Of a stretch of 64,000 bases of DNA, positions 48,533-56,830 are shown piece after piece (within the stretch, counting starts at the first letter, position 1; each line of letters opens with the position of its first letter). Made by a program: the position numbers and the translations under genes. The notes below the pieces were generated by a model that saw only the letters and a list, made by a program, of their open reading frames with translations, did no database searches and had not been told where the DNA came from. Source of the stretch: Gemmatimonadales bacterium (GTDB lineage Bacteria; Gemmatimonadota; Gemmatimonadetes; Gemmatimonadales; GWC2-71-9); contig JBFJCP010000015.1 in assembly GCA_041615815.1 (NCBI GenBank), forward strand, positions 41,605 through 105,604, read 5' to 3'.

Positions 48533-50684
48533 CGTCGGACCAGGCTCCGCGCATAGCCGGCAGGTAGAGATCGCCGGCGTACTCGGCGACCATCCGCCGC
48601 GCGGTGAAGCGACCGGCGTCCCGCATCGCGTGTTTCATACGCACCACCCATTCCCGGGGAACGTTCCGGACGTCACGCTCATAGTACAGCGGTACCACCT
48701 CGTGTTCGAGCAAGTCGTAGAGCTGCGCGGCATCAGCCTCGTCCGGATCCGCCTCGTCGGCCGGCTCGATCACCCAACCGTTCAGTCCCGTGTAGCCCTC
48801 GGCCCACCACCCATCGCGAGTGCTCAGCTGCGGAATCCCGTTGAGCGCGGCCTTCATGCCGCTGGTGCCGGAGGCCTCCATGGGGGGACGGGGGATGTTG
48901 AGCCAGAGGTCCACTCCCTGCACCAGGCGGTGGGCCATATGCAGCTCATAGTCCTCCAGGAACGCGATGCGGCCCTCGAAGCGGCGATCCCGAGTAAAGG
49001 AATAGACCTGCTGCAGAATCTGCTTCCCCCCTTCATCCGCCGGATGTGCCTTCCCGGCAAACACCAGTTGAACGGGGCGGCGGGGATTGATCAACAAGGT
49101 GCGCAGCCGTTCGGGATCTCGGAAGATCAGATTCGCCCGTTTGTATTGCGCGAAGCGTCGTGCGAATCCAATGGTCATGGTCCCGGCATCGAGCAGGGTA
49201 CCGGCGCCCACCAGATGCGCGGACTCCTCCCACCGGTCGCGCCACCGAACCCGGGCCTCCTCATGAATGTATCGAAGGAGCAGATCCTTCATTCGAACGT
49301 GGACCGCCCAGAGCTCTTCGTCGTCCAAGGACAGCACACGGTCCCACAGCTCGTAGATCTCCGCCCGCTCTTCCCAATCCGGCCCGAGATGGGAATCGAG
49401 CAGCACTCGTAAGCGGTGGGACATCCACGTGCCAAGGTGCACACCGTTGGTGATGTGCACGATCGGGACGTCCGCCGCCTCGCGGCCTGGCCAGAGACAA
49501 CGCCACATGTTCCGCGTGACGTCTCCATGCGCTTTGGAGACACCCGTGACCCTGGCCGAGAGACGGATGGCCGCGGCCGTCATGTGAAAGGCATGATGAT
49601 CATGTTGCGGGTGGCGCCCCAACCGTCCCGCCCCATCCCGCTCCTCGCCAAAGCTCTCCAGATACTCGGACATCACCCCGGCAAACAGCTCAGGCGGAAA
49701 GATGTCGTGACCGGCGGCAACCGGGGTATGGGTGGTGAACAGGCTCGAGGTCCGCACCCGGCCGACGGCCTCGTTCCACGAAACACCCTCGACGAGATGC
49801 TCGCGCACCCGTTCGAGCATCATGAACGTGGCGTGTCCCTCATTGGCATGCCACACGGCCGGGGCGATGCCCAGGGCTCGCAGCACCCGGACACCCCCAA
49901 TGCCCAGCACGGCCTCCTGTCGAAGTCGCAGCTCGGCTCCACCCGGGTAGAGCTTGTGCGACAGCTCTCGGTCATCGGGGTGATTGGCGTCGAAGTCGGT
50001 ATCCAGGAGATACACCTGCGCCCGGCCCACCAACATACGGTACGCACCCACGTGGACCGTCCGGCCCGAGATGGGGAGGCTTGCGAGGGCAACGGCGCCG
50101 TCGGGACCCAACACCCGCGCCAGCGGTGTGCGGGAGAGATCGAAGGTCTCTGAAACGTCTTCTTGCCATCCATCGAGGCGGATGCGCTGGTCGAAGTAAC
50201 CTCGGGTGTAAAGCAAACCCACGCCCACCAGGGGGACGCCCAAGTCGGATGCTCCCTTGCAGTGATCGCCCGCGAGCACGCCGAGCCCGCCGGAGTAGGT
50301 CGGGACGGAGTTGTGGAGCGCAAACTCCGCGCAGAAGTATGCCACCGGTCCACCTGGCAGGGGGACACCGGCCAGCTCGGCGAACCAGGTATTGGACGCG
50401 TCGGTGCCACGTCGGTACGCCGCCATCACCCGCTCGTACATTTCCAGGATTTCGGGGTCGCGGGCACAGGCGTCGAGGCGAGTGGGGTCGACTCGTGCAA
50501 GGAACTCGATGGGATTATGACGCGTGGCGCGCCACAACGGCTCGTCGATGACGCGGAAGAGAATGCGCGCCGCGCGATACCAGCTCCAGAAGAGGTTGCC
50601 GGCGAGCGTCGACAATCCCGTCAGCCGATCCGGGATCTGTGGCGCACGATTGGGCTGCGGCGTTACGCCGCCAGGGATGGACAT
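48513..50684 (-). CDS. glgP: Alpha-glucan (glycogen) phosphorylase
   Basis: YSGGLGVLAGDH, NEGH, FTTHTPV.AGHD, ITNGVH, FARRFA.YKR, GKAHP and EASGTSGMK (PLP Lys). Confidence 0.96.
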   Translation of the reverse strand: MSIPGGVTPQPNRAPQIPDRLTGLSTLAGNLFWSWYRAARILFRVIDEPLWRATRHNPIEFLARVDPTRLDACARDPEILEMYERVMAAYRRGTDASNTWFAELAGVPLPGGPVAYFCAEFALHNSVPTYSGGLGVLAGDHCKGASDLGVPLVGVGLLYTRGYFDQRIRLDGWQEDVSETFDLSRTPLARVLGPDGAVALASLPISGRTVHVGAYRMLVGRAQVYLLDTDFDANHPDDRELSHKLYPGGAELRLRQEAVLGIGGVRVLRALGIAPAVWHANEGHATFMMLERVREHLVEGVSWNEAVGRVRTSSLFTTHTPVAAGHDIFPPELFAGVMSEYLESFGEERDGAGRLGRHPQHDHHAFHMTAAAIRLSARVTGVSKAHGDVTRNMWRCLWPGREAADVPIVHITNGVHLGTWMSHRLRVLLDSHLGPDWEERAEIYELWDRVLSLDDEELWAVHVRMKDLLLRYIHEEARVRWRDRWEESAHLVGAGTLLDAGTMTIGFARRFAQYKRANLIFRDPERLRTLLINPRRPVQLVFAGKAHPADEGGKQILQQVYSFTRDRRFEGRIAFLEDYELHMAHRLVQGVDLWLNIPRPPMEASGTSGMKAALNGIPQLSTRDGWWAEGYTGLNGWVIEPADEADPDEADAAQLYDLLEHEVVPLYYERDVRNVPREWVVRMKHAMRDAGRFTARRMVAEYAGDLYLPAMRGAWSDDDPPTG

Positions 50685-50720
50685 ACGGCGCAGTAAGTAA
50701 ACGGCGCCGGTGTGTGGAAG

Positions 50721-51974
50721 CTAGTGGGTGGGGTCCTGGGCTTCCGCGCTCTCTTCTTTCCACCCCTCTTGCCGCGCCAATACCACCGCCACCGCCATGT
50801 CCGCCGTCACATTGGTCGGGGTGATGAACATGTCCGGAATCAGATCGAGGGCGATCAGGATTCCAATGCCTTCCACAGGGAGATTCAACGCAATGTAGAT
50901 CGGGGTCATGATGAACAGTCCGCCGCTCGGAATGCCCGGTGAGTAGAACGCAAGCAGCGCTACCGCGCCCGCAATCGCCGCGATCTCCCACGCCCCCAGG
51001 TCGATGCCGAACAGCTGGGCCACGAAGAACGTGCCGGTCATCCGCGCGATGGGAGATCCATACTTGAAGAGCGAGACCGCCACGGGGAGGACGATACCGG
51101 ACACTCGGCCCGGCAGCCGGAGGTCTCGTTCCGCGGAGTCGAGCATCGCCGGAAGCGACGCGAGCGACGAGCGAGTGCTGAACGCCACCGCCTGGGCGGG
51201 CGCACAGGCCCGGGCGAACCGCCTGAGGGAGATTCCTCCCAAGACCGTGGCCGCGGGGTACAGCGCGACCAAGGCTACCACCAGGAGGCCGCACACGATC
51301 ACGAGATAGAGCCCCATCGCACCGACGAGCTCGATCCCCGTCCGCGCCGCCAACGGGAGCACCAGGAAGAAGACACCCACCGGTGCGACGGCCAGGATCC
51401 ACTCGACGAGTACGAACGTCGCTTTGGCAATGGCCTGGAAGAAATCAATGAGCGACTGACGGTACCTCGTCTCTACCCGTGCGATCGCCAACGCAAAGAT
51501 CGTGCTGAACACGATGAGCGGTAGCATGGCCCCATCAGCTGCGGCCTTCACCGGATTGGATGGGATGAGCCCCACGATCCAGTCTCGAACGGGCGGCAGC
51601 AGCTCGGCCTCACTGCCGGCCGTCGGCTCGCTCAGCGCGGTGATGGCACTCGTGTCGAACTCGACGAGGCTCAACAGCGGCGGTGCGACGACGGCGGCGA
51701 CGAGTGCCCCGCTGGCGACGAAGCCGACGAACCATGCGAGCGCTCTTCCACCGATTTTTCCCACCCCACCCGCCGTGTTGGATGCGATACCGGTGATCAG
51801 GAGCGACACGACGAGGGGGATCACCGTCATACGGATCGCATTCACCCAGAGCGCACCAATCGGCTCCACGGCGGCCGCGAGGACGAGGAGCGACGAGTTT
51901 TGACTCACCGAGACGCCCACACCCGCGGCCAGACCCGCGAGCAAGGCAAAGAGAACCCATGCGGTAAGCGACAC
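50721..51974 (-). CDS. DAACS-family symporter with atypical substrate and cation motifs
   Basis: G.LWVNAIRMTVIPLV, LIPSNP..AA, AFSTRSSLASLP, PGIPSGG and PDMFIT.TNVTAD; NMDGT replaced by FKYGS. Confidence 0.9.
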   Translation of the reverse strand: MSLTAWVLFALLAGLAAGVGVSVSQNSSLLVLAAAVEPIGALWVNAIRMTVIPLVVSLLITGIASNTAGGVGKIGGRALAWFVGFVASGALVAAVVAPPLLSLVEFDTSAITALSEPTAGSEAELLPPVRDWIVGLIPSNPVKAAADGAMLPLIVFSTIFALAIARVETRYRQSLIDFFQAIAKATFVLVEWILAVAPVGVFFLVLPLAARTGIELVGAMGLYLVIVCGLLVVALVALYPAATVLGGISLRRFARACAPAQAVAFSTRSSLASLPAMLDSAERDLRLPGRVSGIVLPVAVSLFKYGSPIARMTGTFFVAQLFGIDLGAWEIAAIAGAVALLAFYSPGIPSGGLFIMTPIYIALNLPVEGIGILIALDLIPDMFITPTNVTADMAVAVVLARQEGWKEESAEAQDPTH

Positions 51975-51986
51975 TCCAGTTTCCTG

Positions 51987-53648
51987 CTAGATCTCCCCGC
52001 GCCGCGCGAACCGCGCAATGTGCTCGCCTGCGCGGAACGCCAACGCTTGAATGGTCATTGTGGGCTGTCCACGCCCCGAAGTCACGAAGCTGCTGCCGTC
52101 ACAGATGAAGAGATTGGGAACGTCGTGGGCGCGGTGGTATCGATCCACGACGGACGTTGCAGGATCGTGACCCATACGGCACGTGCCGAGCAAATGCCCG
52201 CCGAGCACCTGGGACACAACCGGCGTGCGCCAAATCCTCTTGGCGCCCGCAGCCTCGAGAATCTCCACGCCGCGCTCCTGCAAGAATGTCATCATCGCAA
52301 TGTCATCGGGGTGATCCCGATACGTCGTGCGCAGCGCCGGGCGGCCCCACTTGTCTTTCACGTCTGGATCGAGCGAGATCGAATTGGTTTCGACCGGCAA
52401 GGATGTCGTATGTCCGTTCACGTCCATCGTGCGCGTGAAGTACTCTTTCAGCATCCGCTTGTATTCCCCACCCCACCGTGGGGCATCCGGCGGTAACCCC
52501 TGGAGACCAAACAACACGGGGAACCATTGCCAGCGTGCATCGATACCGCCGCCACCGTAGAAGCCACGGGCGGGGTCAGAATTGTAGTAATCATGAATGA
52601 TCCGAGTGACCTGCACGCTCTTGAATTCGTTGAGCGGCTCCTCGAACAAGCCGTGGGCATAGGACAGTCCGTTGAACATCAGGTACTTGCCCACATACCC
52701 GCTGGAATTGGCGAGACCCTGCGGGAACCGGTTGGATTCGGACATGAGCAGTAACCGTGTGGTCTCGGCACCGTTGGCGGACAGCACCACGGCCTTCGCC
52801 CGCTGGGCATGCTCCGCGCCCGCCGCGTCCCAGTACCGCACCTCGCGCACTCGCCCATTGCGATCGATCTCGAGCCTGAACGCGGTGCTCTCCGCGCGGA
52901 TCTCGCACCGGCCGGTGGCCTCGGCTTTCGGGATGACCGACACGAGGCTCGAGGACTTGGCCCCATACTCACACCCAAATGCGAGACAGAACCCGCAATG
53001 CTGACATGGCGGGCGGCCATCGTGCGGTTGAGAGAGAATGGCCATGGGAGCGGGTTGTGGATGGAGCCCCAGTGCCCGCGCTCCGCGTTCCAACAGGACA
53101 CCGGACGACTTGACCGGTAGCGGTGGCACCGGATAGGGACGCGAGCGCGGCGGATCGAACGGGCCGGGTGCCCCGGAGACTCCCACTTCCCAATCCACCT
53201 TCGTGTAATACGGCTCGAGCTCCTCGTAGGTGATGGGCCAATCCGCGAAACCCGTACCCCCAAGGGGCCCGAGCAGGCTCCGCTCCTTGAAATCCACGGG
53301 ATGAAATCGCCAGTAGTTGGCTGTGTAGTGCACGCTGCTGCCGCCGACGACCCGGGCGTACAACAGGAACGGAAGCCCGCTCGCAAGGCGTGTCTCCTCT
53401 CCGGGAGCGGTACGGAATGTCTGGGGAAAATCTTGCAGTGAGCCCATGAGGTCGAGCTTGAACAGCTCGCCCACCTCGTCATGCCGGAAGTCCGCACTCT
53501 CGAGTCGCGGACCTTGCTCCAACACGACGACCCGAAACCCAGCCGTCGAGAGCTCTTTCGCGATGACGCCGCCGGCTGCCCCAGACCCCACCACGACGAA
53601 ATCGACCTCGTCCTGCGGACCAAAACGTACCGGACTCAGCCGCTTCAT
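51987..53648 (-). CDS. GMC-family flavoprotein dehydrogenase, large subunit (gluconate-2-/glucoside-3-dehydrogenase-like)
   Basis: VVGSGAAGG FAD motif; VGGSS; CQHCGFC...GC Fe-S motif; HLLGTCRMG; PTMTIQALA. Confidence 0.93.
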   Translation of the reverse strand: MKRLSPVRFGPQDEVDFVVVGSGAAGGVIAKELSTAGFRVVVLEQGPRLESADFRHDEVGELFKLDLMGSLQDFPQTFRTAPGEETRLASGLPFLLYARVVGGSSVHYTANYWRFHPVDFKERSLLGPLGGTGFADWPITYEELEPYYTKVDWEVGVSGAPGPFDPPRSRPYPVPPLPVKSSGVLLERGARALGLHPQPAPMAILSQPHDGRPPCQHCGFCLAFGCEYGAKSSSLVSVIPKAEATGRCEIRAESTAFRLEIDRNGRVREVRYWDAAGAEHAQRAKAVVLSANGAETTRLLLMSESNRFPQGLANSSGYVGKYLMFNGLSYAHGLFEEPLNEFKSVQVTRIIHDYYNSDPARGFYGGGGIDARWQWFPVLFGLQGLPPDAPRWGGEYKRMLKEYFTRTMDVNGHTTSLPVETNSISLDPDVKDKWGRPALRTTYRDHPDDIAMMTFLQERGVEILEAAGAKRIWRTPVVSQVLGGHLLGTCRMGHDPATSVVDRYHRAHDVPNLFICDGSSFVTSGRGQPTMTIQALAFRAGEHIARFARRGEI

Positions 53649-54226
53649 TGGTCACCACCCCGCGCGTCCCCGTTCGTGACCTGAGCATCGTAGACGCCAA
53701 ACGGCGGCTGCCATACGTAGCGGTCTTCGAAACCGAGAAGTCCCCACCCGACCTTGGCGCGATTCCCTCCGTAGCTCGGGTTTGCAAACATGCCCATGAC
53801 GGTGAGTGTCCGGATCGTAGCGAAGAACGGGGTGGTCTCCATGTCGCGGAGCAGCTCCGTCTGCCGCTCGTACGGGAGCTCGACGAACGGCCCCCACTCG
53901 GTGCGCAGTTCCTCCAGTCCTTGCCGTACGGGCTGCAACGCCTGAGCCGCGAATCCCTCCAGCGCCTTGTCGATGAAGAACACGACACCGGCTTCGGACG
54001 CTCCTGGTGTCTCATCCGTCGGAAAGATCTGCGCGGCAATGGCCTCGACGTCACGGGCTTCGGTTGGTGTCAGCACCGCAAACATCCAAGCCTCGCCCGA
54101 ACGTGCCTCCTGCGCGTACACGGCGGCCGCACGGATAGCAGGAAGGTGGGCGGCGAGCCATGCGCCACCCAAGAGCGCACCGGAAGAATAAAGGAACTCG
54201 CGGCGGGATCTGGCGGAGTCGGTCAT
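53645..54226 (-). CDS. Gluconate 2-dehydrogenase subunit 3 family (Tat-exported hitchhiker subunit)
   Basis: SRREFL twin-arginine signal; IFPTDETPGA..AGV.FFID; GMFANPSYGGN...GW; GTGA overlap with the GMC gene. Confidence 0.93.
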   Translation of the reverse strand: MTDSARSRREFLYSSGALLGGAWLAAHLPAIRAAAVYAQEARSGEAWMFAVLTPTEARDVEAIAAQIFPTDETPGASEAGVVFFIDKALEGFAAQALQPVRQGLEELRTEWGPFVELPYERQTELLRDMETTPFFATIRTLTVMGMFANPSYGGNRAKVGWGLLGFEDRYVWQPPFGVYDAQVTNGDARGGDQ

Positions 54227-54335
54227 GGCATCGAATCGTTGCTGAGAGTCTGCAAACCGAGGCGACGAGTCCTCGACAAGGGAAAACGAAAGGTGGCCAA
54301 CGGGACGCGGGTTCGTCCAGTGCGGTGTTGCACAG

Positions 54336-54363
54336 AAAAACTCCCTCCGCCCTCTTCGGAGGA
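54336..54363 (-). terminator. Putative intrinsic terminator upstream of the dehydrogenase pair
   Basis: Minus strand TCCTCCG-AAGAGGG-CGGAGGG-AG-TTTTT. Confidence 0.5.
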
Positions 54364-54389
54364 CAACTCGGTCGCAGGTCGTGTTTCTC

Positions 54390-54426
54390 GATCGCCACGG
54401 TTTTACAGCCGTGGCCTCCGTGAACC
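54390..54426 (+). repeat. Solitary palindromic unit resembling a type I-G (I-U) CRISPR repeat
   Basis: GATCG-CCACGG-TTTTACAG-CCGTGG-CCTC-CGTGAACC, 37 nt; no intact second copy. Confidence 0.3.
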
Positions 54427-54795
54427 ATCAGCTTGGCGTGACGGGCCCACAGCCGTGTGCTGCGTCCCACGTTCGCCGGAATGCTTTGTCAAGAGTTGCC
54501 ACGGCGGTACTACAGCACAAAAGCACCGCATCGGTCGTGCGTCTCATCATGTCCACACCGCCGTTTACCGCAATGGAATCCGGTGCGGGACTTGCCGGTT
54601 TGAGAAACACCGTCTTTCAACAGTCACAACAGAACGCACTTAGTACAAAGCCCGGCATTCGCCGCGCGCAGTCGCAGGAACCCGAAGAGGCAAGCGCGAT
54701 TGTCGTGAGCCTCGTGCCGCTTCGGAGTCGGACTCGATCGCCCCGTCCGAGAATCCGTCTTGGACGGCTGCCGCGCCCACACTCGGAGGTCTGCC

Positions 54796-56736
54796 GTGAG
54801 TTTCGTGCGCCCGCTCCCCTCCCCACGCCGTTCGCCGACACTCATGGCGGCCAGTCTGGTCGCGCTCCTGGCGGCATGTACCGACTTCAGCAGCCCACCC
54901 CCACCCACCTTTACGCAGCACGCGGGCGAAGGTGAGGTGTTCGTGGGTGCGGGTGACATTGCCGATTGCACCCTGGATGCTGGCGAAGCAACGGCCGCCA
55001 TCCTCGACACGTTGCCAGGCACGGTGTATACGACCGGCGACAACGCCTATCCGAGCGGGACTGCCGAGGATTTCACGAACTGCTACGAGCCCACCTGGGG
55101 ACGACACCGCGATCGCACCCGTCCCGTGCCCGGCAATCACGAGTATGAAACTGACCGAGGCGCACCATACTTCGATTACTTTGGCGCAGCTGCGGGCACC
55201 TCCGGCCAGGGATACTACAGTTACGATCTGGGCAGTTGGCATGTGATCGCCCTGAACAGTGAGATCCCAACCTGGCCGGGCTCGCCGCAACACGTTTGGC
55301 TGGAGAATGACCTCGCCGCGATGACGGCGGAGTGCACGATCGCGTACTGGCATCGCCCACGGTTCACTTCCGGCATGATCGGCAACAGCGTGCGTATGGG
55401 ATCATTCTGGCAGCTGCTGTACAACGCTGGCGTCGAAATCGTCTTGAGTGGTCACGCGCACAACTACGAGCGGTTTGCGCCACAAGCGCCTGACGCCACC
55501 GCCGATCCAATCACGGGGATTCGACAGTTCGTGGTGGGCACGGGGGGCGCGGAGTTGGGCGATCTCCGTTTCACTCCTGCCGCCAATACCGAAGTGCTCG
55601 ACAACACGACGTTTGGCGTGCTGATGTTCACGCTCAGAGACGGCTCGTACCATTGGGATTTCATACCCGTCGGCGGCGGGACGTTCACCGATTCAGGGGA
55701 CGACGTCTGCCACGATGCACCGTCCGGGAACCAGCCACCCGTGGCCTCGGCCGGCGCGGATCAAATCGTGACCGACACCGACGGGGATGGAAGTGAATCG
55801 GTGAATCTCGACGGTTCCGGATCCACGGATGAAGACGGGACCATCGGCAGCTGGCGATGGCTCGAAGACGGCGCTGCGATCGCGACGGGTGAAACGGCCA
55901 CCGTGACACTGGCCGTGGGCGTGCACACGATCACGCTCGAGGTCACCGATGACGCCGGTGACACGGCAACGGACGATGTCGTGATCGACGTCGACCCCCA
56001 AGGCGGGAACCAGGCACCGACCCCGAGCTTCTCATTCACTTGCAATGGGCTCGTTTGCGATTTCACCGACGAGAGCTCCGACGGTGATGGATCCGTGGTG
56101 GCCTGGAGTTGGGATTTTGGTGACGGAGCGTCATCCACTACACAGCACCCGAGCCACACCTTCACCGACGCGGGAACCTATACGGTGACGCTCACGGCGA
56201 CCGACGACAATGACGCCACGGCTTCGCAAAGCCAGGACGTCACCGTCGTGGTGGCCAATCAGGCGCCGACGGCCAGCTTCACCTTCACGTGCACCGACTT
56301 GACGTGTGATTTCACCGATCAGAGCTCCGACGCCGACGGCAGCGTCACCGCCTGGAGCTGGAGCTTTGGCGATGGCACCGAGTCCACGCAGCAACACCCG
56401 AGCCACACCTTCGCGGCTGCGGGGACTTCCACGGTCACGCTCACCGTGACGGACGACATGGGGGATACCGGACAGGTGAGCCAGGATGTCACCGTGGTCG
56501 AGGCCGGCTCCATCAATCTGACGTCCGAGATCGCCAGCTGGGGTGGCACCACGAGAGTCATACTGCGGTGGACCGGCTCGAGCGCGACGATGGACGTCTA
56601 CCGCAACTCGACGCTCCTCCGGACCGCATGGGGCACTGCCTTTGTGGACCAGAGCCCCGGCACGGGTACCATCGTCTATCAGGTCTGCGAGCGTGGGACG
56701 TCAGTGTGCTCGAATGAGGTAACGGTGGAGCTCTAG
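54796..56736 (+). CDS. Calcineurin-like metallophosphoesterase lipoprotein with three PKD-like domains
   Basis: GGAGGT RBS before GTG; lipobox LAAC; GDIA, GDNAY, GNHEY, WH.P and GHAHNYER; WSWDFGDG and WSWSFGDG PKD motifs. Confidence 0.92.
   Translation: MSFVRPLPSPRRSPTLMAASLVALLAACTDFSSPPPPTFTQHAGEGEVFVGAGDIADCTLDAGEATAAILDTLPGTVYTTGDNAYPSGTAEDFTNCYEPTWGRHRDRTRPVPGNHEYETDRGAPYFDYFGAAAGTSGQGYYSYDLGSWHVIALNSEIPTWPGSPQHVWLENDLAAMTAECTIAYWHRPRFTSGMIGNSVRMGSFWQLLYNAGVEIVLSGHAHNYERFAPQAPDATADPITGIRQFVVGTGGAELGDLRFTPAANTEVLDNTTFGVLMFTLRDGSYHWDFIPVGGGTFTDSGDDVCHDAPSGNQPPVASAGADQIVTDTDGDGSESVNLDGSGSTDEDGTIGSWRWLEDGAAIATGETATVTLAVGVHTITLEVTDDAGDTATDDVVIDVDPQGGNQAPTPSFSFTCNGLVCDFTDESSDGDGSVVAWSWDFGDGASSTTQHPSHTFTDAGTYTVTLTATDDNDATASQSQDVTVVVANQAPTASFTFTCTDLTCDFTDQSSDADGSVTAWSWSFGDGTESTQQHPSHTFAAAGTSTVTLTVTDDMGDTGQVSQDVTVVEAGSINLTSEIASWGGTTRVILRWTGSSATMDVYRNSTLLRTAWGTAFVDQSPGTGTIVYQVCERGTSVCSNEVTVEL
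56008..56499 (+). repeat. Intragenic tandem duplication of PKD domains (249-bp period)
   Basis: NQAPT.SF.FTC..L.CDFTD.SSD.DGSV.AWSW.FGDG..STT/QQHPSHTF at 56008 and 56257; similar at DNA level. Confidence 0.85.
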
Positions 56737-56830
56737 GCAAAACGGCGCGATGGCTGGAGGCTGGCTCACGGTGGGGTGACCGCGTAAGTTGCGAGCGCTC
56801 CCTCTGATTTCACCCTCGCGAGCCGTCACG

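Noticed and set aside
54394..54415. tRNA-Tyr-like anticodon arm (CTGTAAAA loop on the minus strand)
   Set aside because: No acceptor, D or T arms surround it.
54455..54492. Minus-strand GACAAAGCATTC...GTGGGACGCA resembling a c-di-GMP-I riboswitch
   Set aside because: It lacks the GNRA tetraloop, has a poor stem and has no GCAAA after GAC. Only a superficial match.
54390..54520. Full CRISPR array
   Set aside because: Only one repeat-like unit; downstream echoes are short and irregularly spaced; no cas genes in the window.
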